A DNA stretch of 64,000 nt from Eledone cirrhosa (taxonomy: Eukaryota). Of the stretch, positions 25,135-39,929 are shown piece after piece (the stretch's first letter is position 1; every line of letters starts with the position of its first letter). The notes under the pieces are model-generated. The model made no database searches. It was not told the origin of the DNA and saw only the letters and a list, made by a program, of their open reading frames with translations. The position numbers and the translations under genes were made by a program. Location: contig OZ024741.1 of NCBI GenBank assembly GCA_964016885.1, forward strand, positions 307,892,001-307,956,000, given 5' to 3'.

Positions 25135-25135
<1 letters not shown>
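24244..25135. repeat. ~464-bp hammerhead repeat (1.4 direct units plus an inverted partial; family E)
   Basis: CTGAAGA at 24523 and 24986. 24244-24465 is an inverted copy of ~24560-24781. (TA)n on both sides. Confidence 0.88.
24982..25059 (+). ncRNA. Type I hammerhead ribozyme with long stem II (family E)
   Basis: TTAT-CTGAAGA-GCT..ATTGGAAATTC-tct-GAATTTCCAAT..AGC-GAAA-CCG-t-CGG-TC-ATGG with a GUC triplet. The copy at 24519-24596 has GCC (predicted dead). Confidence 0.82.
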
Positions 25136-25166
<31 letters not shown>

Positions 25167-25269
25167 CATATATATATATATTTACGTACATTTGTATATA
25201 AATATGCATATATATATATATATATATATGTGTATATATATATATATATACACATATATATATATATAT

Positions 25270-25375
<106 letters not shown>

Positions 25376-26081
25376 GTGTGTGTGTGTATGTATATATATG
25401 TGTGTATGTATGTGTGTATGTGTAAGTGTATGCTAATATGTGTGCATATGTGTCTGATGTTAATGTTCTGTAACTGCAATGTAAGTGCACTCCGTCGTCT
25501 ATGATATCGCTGTTCACTTGCAGTTAGTCTCCATAACATGTCTATGGGTAGCAGGTGTTTGGCGGCATTGCCTAGAAATCAATAGCAATGAGAAACACAA
25601 TAAACATACAAATAGACATGTATACACACACACACACACACACACACTATTATATATATATATATGTATATGTGTGTGTTTGTGTGTGTGTGTGTGCGTG
25701 CGTGTGTGTGTGTGTGTCTATGTGTGTGCATGTGTGTGTGTGTGTGTATATACATGTCTATGTGTATGTTTATTATATACACACACACATACACGCGCTC
25801 GCGCATGCACACACATAGACACACACAGACACACACACACAGACACACCACACACACACATACGCACGCATTCGCACGTGCACGCACGCACAGACACACA
25901 CACACACACACACACGCACGCACAGACACACACACACTCGCACACACACACACGCGCATACGCACACACACACACAGACACACACAGACACGCGCGCGCG
26001 CACGCACACGCATGCTCACACACATATACACACATACACACGCACACGCACACACACACATATATATACATATATGTATAT

Positions 26082-26519
26082 ATAGTTTTGCGAGGTTTTT
26101 TATATGAAATCGTGTGTCGAAACAGATATTGTTATATTTGGGGAGGGTCATATTTGCGTAATATTGCCAGAATTAATAACAGAACACACTCACTGTTTGG
26201 TTGGTTTTCGCTTCTCGCTGTCTTTTATATATATATATCTGCGATCTAGGAACAATGAATATAACACCACTGACGATGTTGCAGATGTGCAACGAAAGAT
26301 TTATGTAAATTATATAAACTATATATATGTGTTTGTGTCTATATTGTATCTGTATTATTTTTGACCGCCGGTCAGTCAATGGCAACATTGAGGACCGAGT
26401 AAGTTAGATCGCAGATATATATATATAAAAGACAGCGAGAAGCGAAAACCAACCAAACAGTGAGTGTGTTCTGTTATTAATTCTGGCAATATTACGCAAA
26501 TATGACCCTCCCCAAATAT

Positions 26520-26525
<6 letters not shown>
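26082..26525. mobile_element. PLE family A terminal fold-back with degenerate HHR
   Basis: 26082-26247 mirrors 26405-26525. CTGACGA-t-GTTGCA-gatg-TGCAAC-GAAA at 26270-26297. Confidence 0.85.
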
Positions 26526-26603
<78 letters not shown>

Positions 26604-27511
26604 CAGTGTTGTAGTTTGCTTGAAGCATAGTTGAATAGGAAACACAAATTTAAATAATTTTGAAAACCATACAATGCACTAGAAAGAAAATCAAGATTTC
26701 TAAGATAACAAAAAAATCTTACATTAGCAAATTTGAGAATCTCAAATATTTTCGGATTTGAAAATCCATCATCAAGGGGGTATCCGTATGAGAGACTTAA
26801 AGGTTCAATCAGAGTTAACTTGTTTGTTTGGAAAGCAGATTTATGTTAAAAACGGTTATGTCTGTCGAAATCTTATCAGATTTGACAAATTTGATCTATT
26901 AAGTCTATATAAAAGATTTGTGTGATCTTTGCAGCCATTACTGTAAATGAATTTTTGTTTATGGTGTTGCTATCCATGTTGTTATTACTATTTGTGGTGT
27001 CGTTGTTATCTGTATTACTGTTTTATTTGTTGTCTACTTGTGGTATGTTTTTTTCTTGTTCCAGTGGTGGTAGTGATTGTGATGGGGTTAGATGTGGTGG
27101 CAGTGTTCGTGTTGGACTTTTTTGTTGTGTTTGTTATATTTTGTTGTTCTTGCGAATGTGATGGTGGTATCAAATTTTTTTAAAGCGGGAACTTGGTTTC
27201 ATACATTTTTTCGTGCATAGTTGTTGTAATTGTTCTTGCTGCTGCTGTCGTTGTTTCTCACTCATCCACCAGAGCCATTTTGTAAAATAAAAGGGGTGTT
27301 TATGAAAATACGCACAACATATTAGTCCTTCATGTGTTAAAGATATAGGAAAGCAACCAGCTCACTGAGAAGATAGTTGGCTTAGCTACAAAATATATAA
27401 TGTTCAGACATAAACGTTTTAAAACGCGTTAAAAACCAATGAATTTATTCCGCTGATGTGTATCATGTCTCGAGAGACTCAACAACAACAACAACAATAA
27501 TACATTTTTTT

Positions 27512-27862
27512 TCTGATTTAGACACAAGGCCAACAAGTTTGTGGGGAGGGGAAATTCAATTAAAACGGCCTCAGTGCATTACTGGTACTTTAATTTATCG
27601 ACCCCGTAAGGATGAAAGGCAACGCTAACCTCGGTGGGATTTGAACCCAGAATTTAAAGGGATGTAACTCTATCCACCGTCATTAATAATAAAGGTTTCT
27701 TATATAGGCACAAGGCCAGCAATTTTGGGGGAAGGGAAAATCGATTAAATCGACCCCAGTGCGTGACCGGTACTTTAATTTATCGACTCCGTAAGGATGA
27801 AAGGCAAAATTAACCTCGGTGGGATTTGAACCTAGAACAAGGGATGTAACTCTATCCACCAT
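27512..27862 (-). mobile_element. Two tandem SINE family 1 copies
   Basis: The consensus core is repeated at ~27512-27680 and ~27692-27862. Confidence 0.85.
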
Positions 27863-28141
27863 CGTTAATAATAATAACAACTTACCCTTCCCTACAATTG
27901 ATGGCCTTGTGCCTAAATCAGAAACTTTTATTTATCATTATTATTGAGACTTTCTTTCGATTTTACATATTTTTAGATCGATTGTCGGTAATGCCGTCCT
28001 CGGAGAGGTTATTGCTCTTGGTAATGATTGCAGATATTGTTGATGTCGTTGTTGCTGTAACTTTAAAATCAAATTTGCCGTCACGCCCCGTTTGATCGAA
28101 CTGAAAAGATTAAAATATCAAAATATAATATCATAAATATG

Positions 28142-28204
<63 letters not shown>

Positions 28205-28267
28205 CATATATATATATAATTCAAGTAAAGAAACGCTGGTTGATCAAATAAGCTACCGACTATAGTC

Positions 28268-28332
<65 letters not shown>

Positions 28333-28609
28333 CATATATATATATACATTCATATAAACGTAAGTATAATCACATAGACATATGAAATGAATATCATAAA
28401 TACCATACACACACACTCACACACACCTGGCTACACACCGACAGTAAAACTGAAATACTACGACAGTAAAAATGAAATACTAAAATGTTAACTTCTAAGT
28501 AATCATCGTGATGTCAATTAAATAGAGTCTAGTCACCATATGTTTCCACGTTTATCATGCACACATACAGACACACACACACACACAGAAACACTTATAC
28601 ATACACCCG

Positions 28610-28946
<337 letters not shown>

Positions 28947-29227
28947 TACACGGAAACACATAAATACAAACAGACATATATACATACATACATATAACTC
29001 AAAACATACGTATCCACACATACAATGACAACCATACGTGAAAACGCACACACACACAAACACATACACATACAGACACACACACATATAGCCATAGATA
29101 TATAGACATAGATATATATACATATATACATATATACCTGTTGATGTCTAACTTCCAATGAAAGAGTCCTGATTCTATGTTAGAAATCGGTTCTCTCTCT
29201 CTCTATCGGTAAACATTCATAAAATAA

Positions 29228-30166
29228 TAATTTCTACTATAGACACAAGGCCAGTAATTTGGGCGGGGTGGGAGGGGGGAGTCGATTAAATCGACCCCAG
29301 TGCATTACTGGTGCTTTATTTCATCGCCCCCGTAAGGACGAAAGACTAAGTTAACCTCGGCGAGATTTGAAATCGGACCGTAAAAGGTTGTAACTCTATG
29401 CTGCAAAGCATGGTGTCCGACTCTCTACCCATACTGCCATAGAACATACAAACAAACATACATACGTAATATAATAGTTAAAGTATTTTATGATATATTT
29501 GCATAAAATACAAGTATGATAGATAGAATGTGATTGTTCCGTCTGCGGGATCGAACCATGCACCTGCTGGTTGGAAGAGGGCAATTGCCCTTAGTGATCA
29601 AGATATATAACTAATAATGGTTTTTCATATAGGCACAAAGCCAACAAATTTGAGTGGGGAAAGTCGATTAAATCGACCCAGTGCGTTACTGGTGATTTAT
29701 TTAATCGACCTCATAAGGATGAAAGGCAAAGCTAACCTCGGCGGGATTTGAAATCAGAACGTGAAGGGCCGTAACTATGCCACGAAGCATTGAGTCCATC
29801 GCTCTACCGACACTGCCAATCCTCCGTTCTGCAGATAGGTAACTAATAATAAATAATTGCTTCTACTTTTGGTAGCAATTACCCAGTACATTACTGGTAC
29901 TTTATTTTATCGACCCCGTAAGAATGAAAGGCAAAGTTAACATCGGCGGGATTTGAACTCAGAATGGCAAGGGCCGTAACACTATGCGTCAAAGCATGGC
30001 ATCCGACCCTCTGCCGATAATGCCAACCCATAAATAATATTTGATAAATACATCTAAGAGTTGAATGTATATTATTTTAGCGGTCATGTAGGAGTCGCGA
30101 CAAAAAGCCCCCAGCCCACACCGTAAAGTGGTCGTGTAGGTGTCACGACAAAACACATACACACAT

Positions 30167-30197
<31 letters not shown>

Positions 30198-30673
30198 TAT
30201 ATATATATATCTATATATCTATACTGTCGACAAGCTGCGTGCCACCACATATGAGGTAAATATGAATGTTGTTTTATTAGCACGCTTGGGATATTATGAT
30301 AACTTATTATATTGTCCCAAATGGCGGTGGACTGGCAGTATCGGTAGAGGGTCGGACGCCATATTTTGACGCATAGAGTTACGGCCCTTGCAATTCTGAG
30401 TTCAAATCCCGCCGAGGTTAATTTGCCTTTCATCCTTATGAGGTCGATAAAATAAAGTACCAGTAATGCACTGGGATAATTGTTGGCCTTGTGCCAAAAG
30501 TAGAAAGAATTATTTATTATGACCTTGACGCATAGAGTTACGGCCCTTGCCATTCTGAGTTCAAATCTCACCGAAGTTAACTTTGCCTTTCATCCTTATG
30601 AGGTCGATAAAATAAAGTACCAGTAATGCACTGGGATAATTGCTGGCCTTGTGCCAAAAAGTAGAAACAATTA
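29228..30673. mobile_element. Cluster of five SINE family 1 copies
   Basis: Minus copies at ~29228-29440, 29615-29826 and 29844-30028. Plus copies at ~30320-30512 and 30525-30673. Confidence 0.85.
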
Positions 30674-30889
30674 TATTGTCGCAAATGTACTTGACAGCAC
30701 GGTCACTGCAATGAGAACTGCGCTATCTTTGATCGTTCGAGAAAGTCTGGGTTTTCACCTGCGCTAGAATAGGATTAAATAGTCGTCTGCAAAACAAATC
30801 CTCATACAAAATCGTTTGAATAATCGGCTTCGAGAAACACAAGAGTTACAATTCAAGAAGCAACAGCCTCTAATAAAATATATATTGCC

Positions 30890-31000
30890 TAGTACATATA
30901 TGCTTATATATAAACATATATGTGTGTGTATGTGTATGTGTGTACACATTTGTATGTATATATATATTTATATATATACCCAATATATATATATATATAT

Positions 31001-31070
<70 letters not shown>

Positions 31071-31083
31071 ATATATATATATA

Positions 31084-31152
<69 letters not shown>

Positions 31153-31508
31153 TACATATATATACATATATATATACATAGCCAAACAAACGGACATTCA
31201 TTGAAACACTCAATGTTTCAATATTAACGATCGGTTTTGTTTTATATCGATTTCCATAGAATTCCCCATCTGCCTTTCATTGTTTGTGGCTTATGATGTT
31301 TACATTTATATACACAGATATACATATGGTATTTATATATATCGACTTACGGACCTACATGGATACATACATACATTCGTGCATATGTGTATGTAAGCAT
31401 GTACAACATATGTACATACACACACACATTCACACACACACACACATATATATATATGTATATATATGTGTGTGTGTGTGTGTATGTGTATATATATATA
31501 TATAAATA

Positions 31509-31568
<60 letters not shown>

Positions 31569-31630
31569 CATATGTATCTATATATATGTGTATATATATA
31601 TATATGTGTGTGTGTATATATATATATGTG

Positions 31631-31663
<33 letters not shown>

Positions 31664-31818
31664 ATGAATATATATATATACACACGCGCATATATATATA
31701 TACATACACACACATATATATACACACGCACACACACACATATATATATAGACATATATATATATATACATATATATATATAGACATATATATATATATA
31801 GACATATATATATATATA

Positions 31819-31902
<84 letters not shown>

Positions 31903-32696
31903 TATATATATGTGTGTGTATGTGTATAGATATATACATACATACATGCGAATATTTCGTTAATCTTTTTTCCCTCTTTCTGCAAGTAAGTGCACACCAC
32001 ATAGCTAAAACTCCGTTGTGTAATTATTACAACCTTTATATGCCTTTGTTTTATTTATGCAGTTTTATTTGATTTTTTTTTGTTCGGTTTAGATTATTGT
32101 TATTGTCTCTTACTAACCTCCCCCTCCCTTTTACACTATTCCTCACACCCTCCCTCCTCCTCTTTTTGCTATTATTCACATCCTTCTTCCTCTCATTCTA
32201 GTCTTCATTCTTCTTCTTCAACTTCATCTCTTTCTTCTTCTTCTTATTATTTTTTTTTATTGCTTCTACACCTCCATCGCCTCCACTATCTCCGCTGCGA
32301 GTACCACTACCACCACCACTACCACCACCACCACCACCACCACCACCAACACCATCACCACCACTACCACCATACCGCCGTCACCGCCACCATCATCACT
32401 GCATCTTCCGTCTTTCACTTGTCTATTGTTACACGGCACGGTTCAGGAGCTCTCGTCAACGCTAGCCCCCGTTTGATGATAACGTATATTACTTGATTTT
32501 GGCTTTTGAATAAATACACTGTGTGCTCATCAAATGGCGTATAGGACATTGTCGACAAACAACAATGTTTACATTGAATTGTCCACACAACACAATACAC
32601 ACTTTAAATAATTTCTATTGGCTTTTGAAACAAATAAACGAATATCGTTCATTTCTGCATATTCACACCTTGTATTATTATTAAACATTGTCTGTC

Positions 32697-32792
<96 letters not shown>

Positions 32793-32856
32793 TGTGTGTG
32801 TATTTCTATCTGAATTCTGTATACACCAGTATGTATATGTACATATATGCATATGC

Positions 32857-32911
<55 letters not shown>

Positions 32912-33016
32912 CATACATATATATACGTATATATATATATATATATACGTATATATATATATATACGTGTATATATATATACGTATATATAAACATATAT
33001 TATTCATATCCAGCCG

Positions 33017-33064
<48 letters not shown>

Positions 33065-33070
33065 CATGTG

Positions 33071-33149
<79 letters not shown>

Positions 33150-34274
33150 AACGCAAGCACACGTACAACGTCTGTATTTTGATAACGGTCTGTTAGTTAT
33201 TGTTTCAATAATGGCGTATTGTTGATGACTTCTTACGAGACACAAATGGAAGTATATTACACCTCTAAGTGTTAATCCAAATCTTTACAGTATTCGCCAT
33301 TAAAAACACCCACTCGATACCATACGATCGAACAGACATTTGCATACACACACACACACATATATACATATATATTTATATATATTTAAATATATATATA
33401 TATATATATACATAGAAGTCCTCATACATACAAACATATATACAAACACATACGTATATTAATACGTACACACACACATACATGTCTACATTCACACTCT
33501 TTCATACATACATACATACATACATACATACATACATACATACATACATACATACATACATACATACATACATACATACATACATACATACATTCGTATA
33601 TACATACATAGTTACAGAAATTTCTCATTTATTCATTTTATTCTTTTATAACTATTTTTTATAAATATATTTTTTTATATTCCTTATATTCTTATATTCC
33701 ATCGTTCTTTCATTCGTTCATTCATTCAATCGTTCAATCGTTATTGCTTTTTCCTGGTGTTGTTCACAATTTCCTCTGAACTTTAAAGGGGTTTTATTGT
33801 TGCAAAACGGAAGTCACCAAGCAGCCATTAATAATTTTATTTTTTCTTATATTCTTTTCATTCTTTCTTTCTTGTGGGTCATTTGTCTTTCTTTACGTGT
33901 ATTTATTTATTTATTTATCGTTTTCTTTATTCACTTTTCTTCTTTTCTTTCATTTGTTTTCTTTTTCATAAATCAACTCTTTCTTTGGTCAGTTCGATAA
34001 GATCTCTTTAAATATTGAAAATACATAATTCGGAGACGAAGAAAAGAAACGAAAAGAAAATGAGGTAAAACACACACACAGAGACACACACACATAAATA
34101 CACATACACACAGTAAGCAAAAACGAAAACTCATCAAAACTAATAAAAACAAAACAAATAAGTAAAAAGATCAATGGAAAGAACAAACAACGAATTTTCA
34201 AAGCAACTCCTTTCGTACTTTCTCTTAACAGCTATTACTTACTTAGATACACACATATACATATGTGTATGTAT

Positions 34275-34342
<68 letters not shown>

Positions 34343-34410
34343 GGGGGGGTGAGGGCGTATATCTATGTGCATATATATACACGTATATATGTGTGTATGT
34401 CTGTGCATGC

Positions 34411-34446
<36 letters not shown>

Positions 34447-34473
34447 GCCAATATATATATATATATGTATACA

Positions 34474-34566
<93 letters not shown>

Positions 34567-34600
34567 TTATATATTTGTAATGATTTTTTTAACATTATAT
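30890..34600. repeat. Region dominated by (TA)n, (CA)n and (TACA)n microsatellites
   Basis: Visible directly. It accounts for the IY/VC/HT ORFs. Confidence 0.9.
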
Positions 34601-35206
34601 ATAGGTATGCATATATCTAATAGTTTCAATCGATTTACAATATTTATGTGTATGTGTATGTTTGTGTGTCTGTGTATATCTGTGTATGTGTAAATCTAAA
34701 TCAGTTTTATTTTAAAACATATTTTAAGTTGCTTTGTTATGTAACCTATTAGAATTTTGGTTAATTTTGGTTAATTTTTTGTTGATTTGTTTTGTTATTA
34801 TTGTTTTATTGTAGTTAATAAAAAGTGTTGTATTTAGCTTCGACACTCTCCCGCATTATACTAACAACGTCATATTGAACGAAAGAGCTTCTGTTGTAGT
34901 TAGTTGTTCAATCTATCAGAAATAGTATTCTAATCTTCCTAAAATCACAGCAAGGCATATTAGATGATGTAGTCATAGACAGACGAAATAAATGCCTTGC
35001 TAGGATCGTACCTGTTCTTTGTGTTTCGAGTTCAAATGGCACAGTGGTCAACTGTGCCTTTCATCATTTCAGGGTTGATAAAATATGGTTCTAGCCAGGT
35101 AGTGAGGTTAGTTTAATGGACCTTCCCCTCCTTCCAAATAACTAAAGTCGAAATCATTATTGTTTTATTGAAGTTAATAAGATGTGTTGAATTAGTTTCT
35201 AAAAAC

Positions 35207-35382
35207 TGTCGGTAGAGGGTCGGACACTATGCTTTCCAGCATAGAGTTACGTCCCTTTACGGTCTGAGTTCAAATCCCGTTGAGGTTAACTTTGCCTTTC
35301 ATCTTTACGGGGTCGATAAAATAAAGTAGCAGTAATTCACTGGGATAATTGCTGGCCCTGTGTCAAAAGTAAAAACAATTAT
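35207..35382 (+). mobile_element. SINE family 1 copy
   Basis: tcggtagagggtcggac...gagttcaaatccc...gtcgataaaataaag. Confidence 0.87.
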
Positions 35383-37146
35383 ATTAACGAATTTAAATGA
35401 AACAAAGAGGCCGCTATGTAGTTGTTCGACCTACTATAAATAGCAGTCAAATTTCGCTCTGAGACACATTTGTTATTGTAGTTCCGCATATGCGTAATAA
35501 ACAGAGATTAGCAGAATTGTTAGCGAACCAGACCAAATACCTTGGTGTGACTGACCCTGCTTTTTGTGTTTCGAGTCCTCGAAGTCAATGTTGATGTCAT
35601 CCTTATATGATTGATAAAAAGGTACTTGTCCAAGGTGTCTGGTAAAATATTTTGCGCTATTTACTTCAGCAGGTAGAGCAAGCTTGTCTGCATATAACCG
35701 TAAAGATTGTATCTAGCCGATGTACCGAAATAATTGTTTCTACTTTAGGTAGAAGATTAGTAGTTTAGGAAAGAGGAAAGAGGAAAGTTGATTGAATGAG
35801 CTCCAGTATTTACTGGTATTTTATTTTGAAGACTCCGGAAGGATTAAAGGAAAAGTTGATCTCGGCAGAATTTGAACTCAGAAGGTAAAGATTCTGACAA
35901 CCCTCCACACTCAGTACACTGAAGTAATATCACATAAAAAATATCACAGTAAAATGGCTTTCTCTAGAGTAAAAAAAATCCTTTAAATCGGAAGCCACTT
36001 ACACATTAATTTTAGGATGTCCATTCTAATATCTTTATGGTTTATGTTTCCACTGTTTAAAAAAAATTTCTTTTATATGGTATTTTCATGAAATGTGAGT
36101 ATTTATCTTCTATTACTTTTTTCCTAGATTCATCTTGCCAATATTTTAGCGTTGGACCTCCGTCGATTCTGGTAGTGAGTGCTCCGATTGCTCGCTCGAA
36201 AAAGGAACAGCCTGTTCATGAAATTAACGTACAAATGCCTAGGCATTCCACAGGCTCGTGAACCCTTAATGTAGTTCCCAGAGAGATCCAACGTGACTTA
36301 GTATGAGCCAAGGTTGGCCCGTCGAATTAAATGTATCTCATTTATGTCAGCTGAGCAGACTGAAGCAACGTGAATAGACTGGCTTGCTCAAGGACACAAC
36401 GTGCCACCAGGAATTGTACACGCTACCTTATGGTTGTAAGCCGAACACTCCAACAACTAAACCACGTGACTTCACAAATACCCGAAATAAAAGGCAACAT
36501 GAAACTACATTTGTATACTCACCAAATATTCGTGACAAGTATTATAACGCCTCTCAGTGTATCCTTTAATGTATCAGAACTACATTATATACAATGTGGC
36601 GTTCATTTGGTGGTGTTTTAACAATGATTTGGCTGTTACATCTAGCAGATTGATTGACGTCCTAGCGGGCGGCTCATTCAAAAGAACTTTATGATGGTGT
36701 TGCTGCTGTTGTTGTTATTTAGTAATATGTCAACCCGATCGAGAAAACATCCCTGCCATTCCGACCGTGCCCATTCTGTCTTTTTTCATTCTCTAGAAGC
36801 ACAAAGTCACATTATCCAACATAACATATTTTTGTTTTAGAGACAGGGTATGATTTGAAGGAGATTTAATGGCTATTTCTAGCAGGCTGAGTGCCCATAT
36901 TGAGATTCATATGTGACCATTAGTAAGATCTTGGAGGTGGTGATGGTGATTGCGGTGGTGATGGAGGTAGTGGTGGTTTCGGTCGTGGTGGTTTTTATGG
37001 CAGTTTTGGGAGCGATGGTGATGGCGGTGGGGATGGTGATGGTGTTGGTGGTAGGAATGGGGATGGTGGCTCCAGTGCTGAATATAAGCTCCATCATATA
37101 AATGACTAATAAGAAACTCTTAATATTCGATAAAGTTCTGAAGAGA

Positions 37147-37244
<98 letters not shown>

Positions 37245-37274
37245 AGTGAGTGCGTGTGCGTGCGTGTGTGTCTT

Positions 37275-37326
<52 letters not shown>

Positions 37327-37815
37327 AAGGAAGAGAAGGCGGGGAGGGATTGAATGGGTGTCAGGAAAATAGGGGTGGGGGCAGAAAGGTTAAGTAGTAC
37401 TTCTTATATACTTCAACAACAAGGTCTGACTGCTGTGGTAAAGAATCCCGCACCCACCTATTACCCACCATCATTCACCTCGCCTTTGTCGAAAAAAAAA
37501 GGAACAGGAACAACACATTTCTTTGCTGCATACATACTCATGAGCACAAATAGACATATATATATACACACTAACATGTGCACACACACACACGTACATA
37601 CACTCGCCCATTCACACACATATTCAACTATCTATCTATCACTCTCCAGATCTCTATTTATATATTTTTCATAGTTCAAAACGTGCATTGAAGCTGTTTA
37701 AGTTAGTTTTAAATTCAAAATATTACATACATATACAGACACGCATGCAAAGAAAGACACACACACACACACGCACACTCTCTCTCACTCACACACACAC
37801 ACGCACACACACACT

Positions 37816-37868
<53 letters not shown>

Positions 37869-37870
<2 letters not shown>

Positions 37871-38020
37871 CTAGGGCGGGTAAAATTCCCGAGATCCATG
37901 GACGAGTTCTCTCCAGCGGTCTCTGTCCCTCATTATCGGTGCCATGTCCTGCGTCTCCAACAGACCAGTGTCTGTCCTCAGGGCATCAATATATGTTAAC
38001 CTCGGTCTTCCTCTTCCAGG
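37869..38020 (-). mobile_element. RTE-clade LINE 3' end fragment
   Basis: Near-identical to 57150-57300, the 3' end of the RTE ORF remnant. Confidence 0.8.
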
Positions 38021-38246
38021 AAGTGCGGTAAGGAACCAGGTGGACCATAACGCACCAGAGTACTCAATACTTAGAGTAGTAGAATGGGTAATAGGAAAAT
38101 GTACAAGACCCCGACGGCAGAGCTCAAGCCGTTTCGTCGGCTATTTCTGGACATAGCCGGAACTCATTTCTGGACAGAGCCATTGAGTCCAGAAATAGCC
38201 GTCGAAACGGCTTGAGCTCTGCCGTCGGGGTCTTGAACATTTTCCC
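38021..38246. mobile_element. Asymmetric fold-back element copy with long centre
   Basis: Same arms as 3991-4181. The centre contains extra rearranged sequence. Confidence 0.85.
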
Positions 38247-38254
38247 ATATATAT

Positions 38255-38493
38255 ATATATAAGCAAGTCGGTCTGTGTGTGTGCCTGTCTGTCTGTGTAC
38301 AAATACTAGGCTCCTATTAACTTTTGAAGTACTAGGCCGATTTGGCACGTGCCATTGAGGCGACCTCTCATTGGCTAGCCAATTAGCTGACATAAGCTGA
38401 CATGCACTCAGAAATTGCGAGCTAAGCCATAAACGACCTTGAACAATTCAGGCTGGCATTCTTTTCCCGAGCATCGCCGGATACATCTGTTAG
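38255..38493 (+). mobile_element. Short non-autonomous Helitron-like element
   Basis: (CTGT)n near the 5' end. 3' hairpin cccgagcatcgccgga followed by gTTAG|t, resembling the 3' end of the element at 50494. Confidence 0.6.
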
Positions 38494-38740
38494 TATATAT
38501 ATATATATATATCGACAGTCGATCGACTTTCGTCAAATCGGATCGAGGAAACAATGTTTCCGTTGGTCTTTCCAATTGCTAGTACTATCTTTCGGTCGCA
38601 ACTCCAGGTAGAAGAAATAACGTGAAATAAAGTGTCTTGCTCAAGGACATAACGCATCTCCCGGCCCAGGAATCGAACTCACAACCTCACGATTGTGAAT
38701 CCAATTCTCAAACCACACGGACACGCGCCATATATATATA

Positions 38741-38794
<54 letters not shown>

Positions 38795-38838
38795 TGTGTG
38801 TGTGTGAGTGTGTGTGTGTTTATATATATATTATATAT

Positions 38839-39040
38839 AGGAAAACTTTCAAGACTCCGACGGCAGAGCTCAAGCCGTATCGACGGCTATTTCTGGACTG
38901 AGTCCAGATATAGCCGTCGAAACGGCTTGAGCTCTGCCGTCGGAGTCTTGAAATTTTTCTTATTACCCACTCTGCTACCCTAAGTATTGAGTACTCTGGT
39001 GCGTTATGGTCCACCTGGTTCCTTACCACACTTCCTTCGT
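38839..39040. mobile_element. Asymmetric fold-back element copy
   Basis: Palindrome centred on ggactgagtcc, plus an extension. Confidence 0.85.
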
Positions 39041-39929
39041 TATATATTATATATATATATATGTATGTGTGTGTATGTGCGTATGTGTGTGTATGCTTTA
39101 ATTCCTTTAAATCTTCATCAACACACCTTCACTCTCACACTCATTAACACCACACCCCACACCGCAGACACATCCATATCTCTTTTGTATATAGAGTCAC
39201 ACATCTCAACACAACCTGATCTCAGTTTGACAATCGCCACCGACGCATGCGAAAAAGTTCTCCAGGAAAGTTAACCAGGAATCTATAAAATACTTCCCAC
39301 CGAAATTAACAAAGAACTTACTAGGTCTACCAACTCATAATATTATAATACTATAAAGTTAAATCAAATTATTTAGAACTACAAGTGAAGTCATTCTTTT
39401 CCTTTTTTTCAAATATGTATATATATATTTCTTATACTTGGGGAGGGTCATATTGTTGTAATAATATTGCCAGAATTAATAACAGAACACACTCTCTGTT
39501 TGGTTGGTTTTCGCTTCCGTATCTTTTATATCAGTTAATTTATTCGGTCCTCAATGTTTACCATTGACTGACCAACGGTCAAAAAATACAGATATAATAT
39601 AGACACAAACACATATATATAGTCTAACAAAGTTCTTTCGTTGCATATCTGCAACACCGTCAATGGTGCTATTATGTTTCCTCTTGTTGTATTGTATGTC
39701 TACACCATCTTTGTTTAATCTGTTTATTTATTTATTTATTTTTGTCTTCTTCTCTGCGCATGCGTTTGCGTGTGTGTTTAGTGTTTAGTGTGTGTTCGCG
39801 TTTGGTTTACTGTATTTTGGTTATTGTATTCTATCTTAGTTTACTAGTGTGTGTTTCTATGTGTTTGTTGTTATTGTGCTTGTGTATGTATTTATTTATT
39901 TATTTATATTTCTCTTAGGTCAGTATCGT

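Noticed and set aside
26738-26780. Minus-strand HHR-like TTGATGA-t-GGATT-ttca-AATCC-GAAA-ATAT-TT
   Set aside because: C3 is mutated, stem I is poor and it is single copy. Possibly a dead HHR, so not called.
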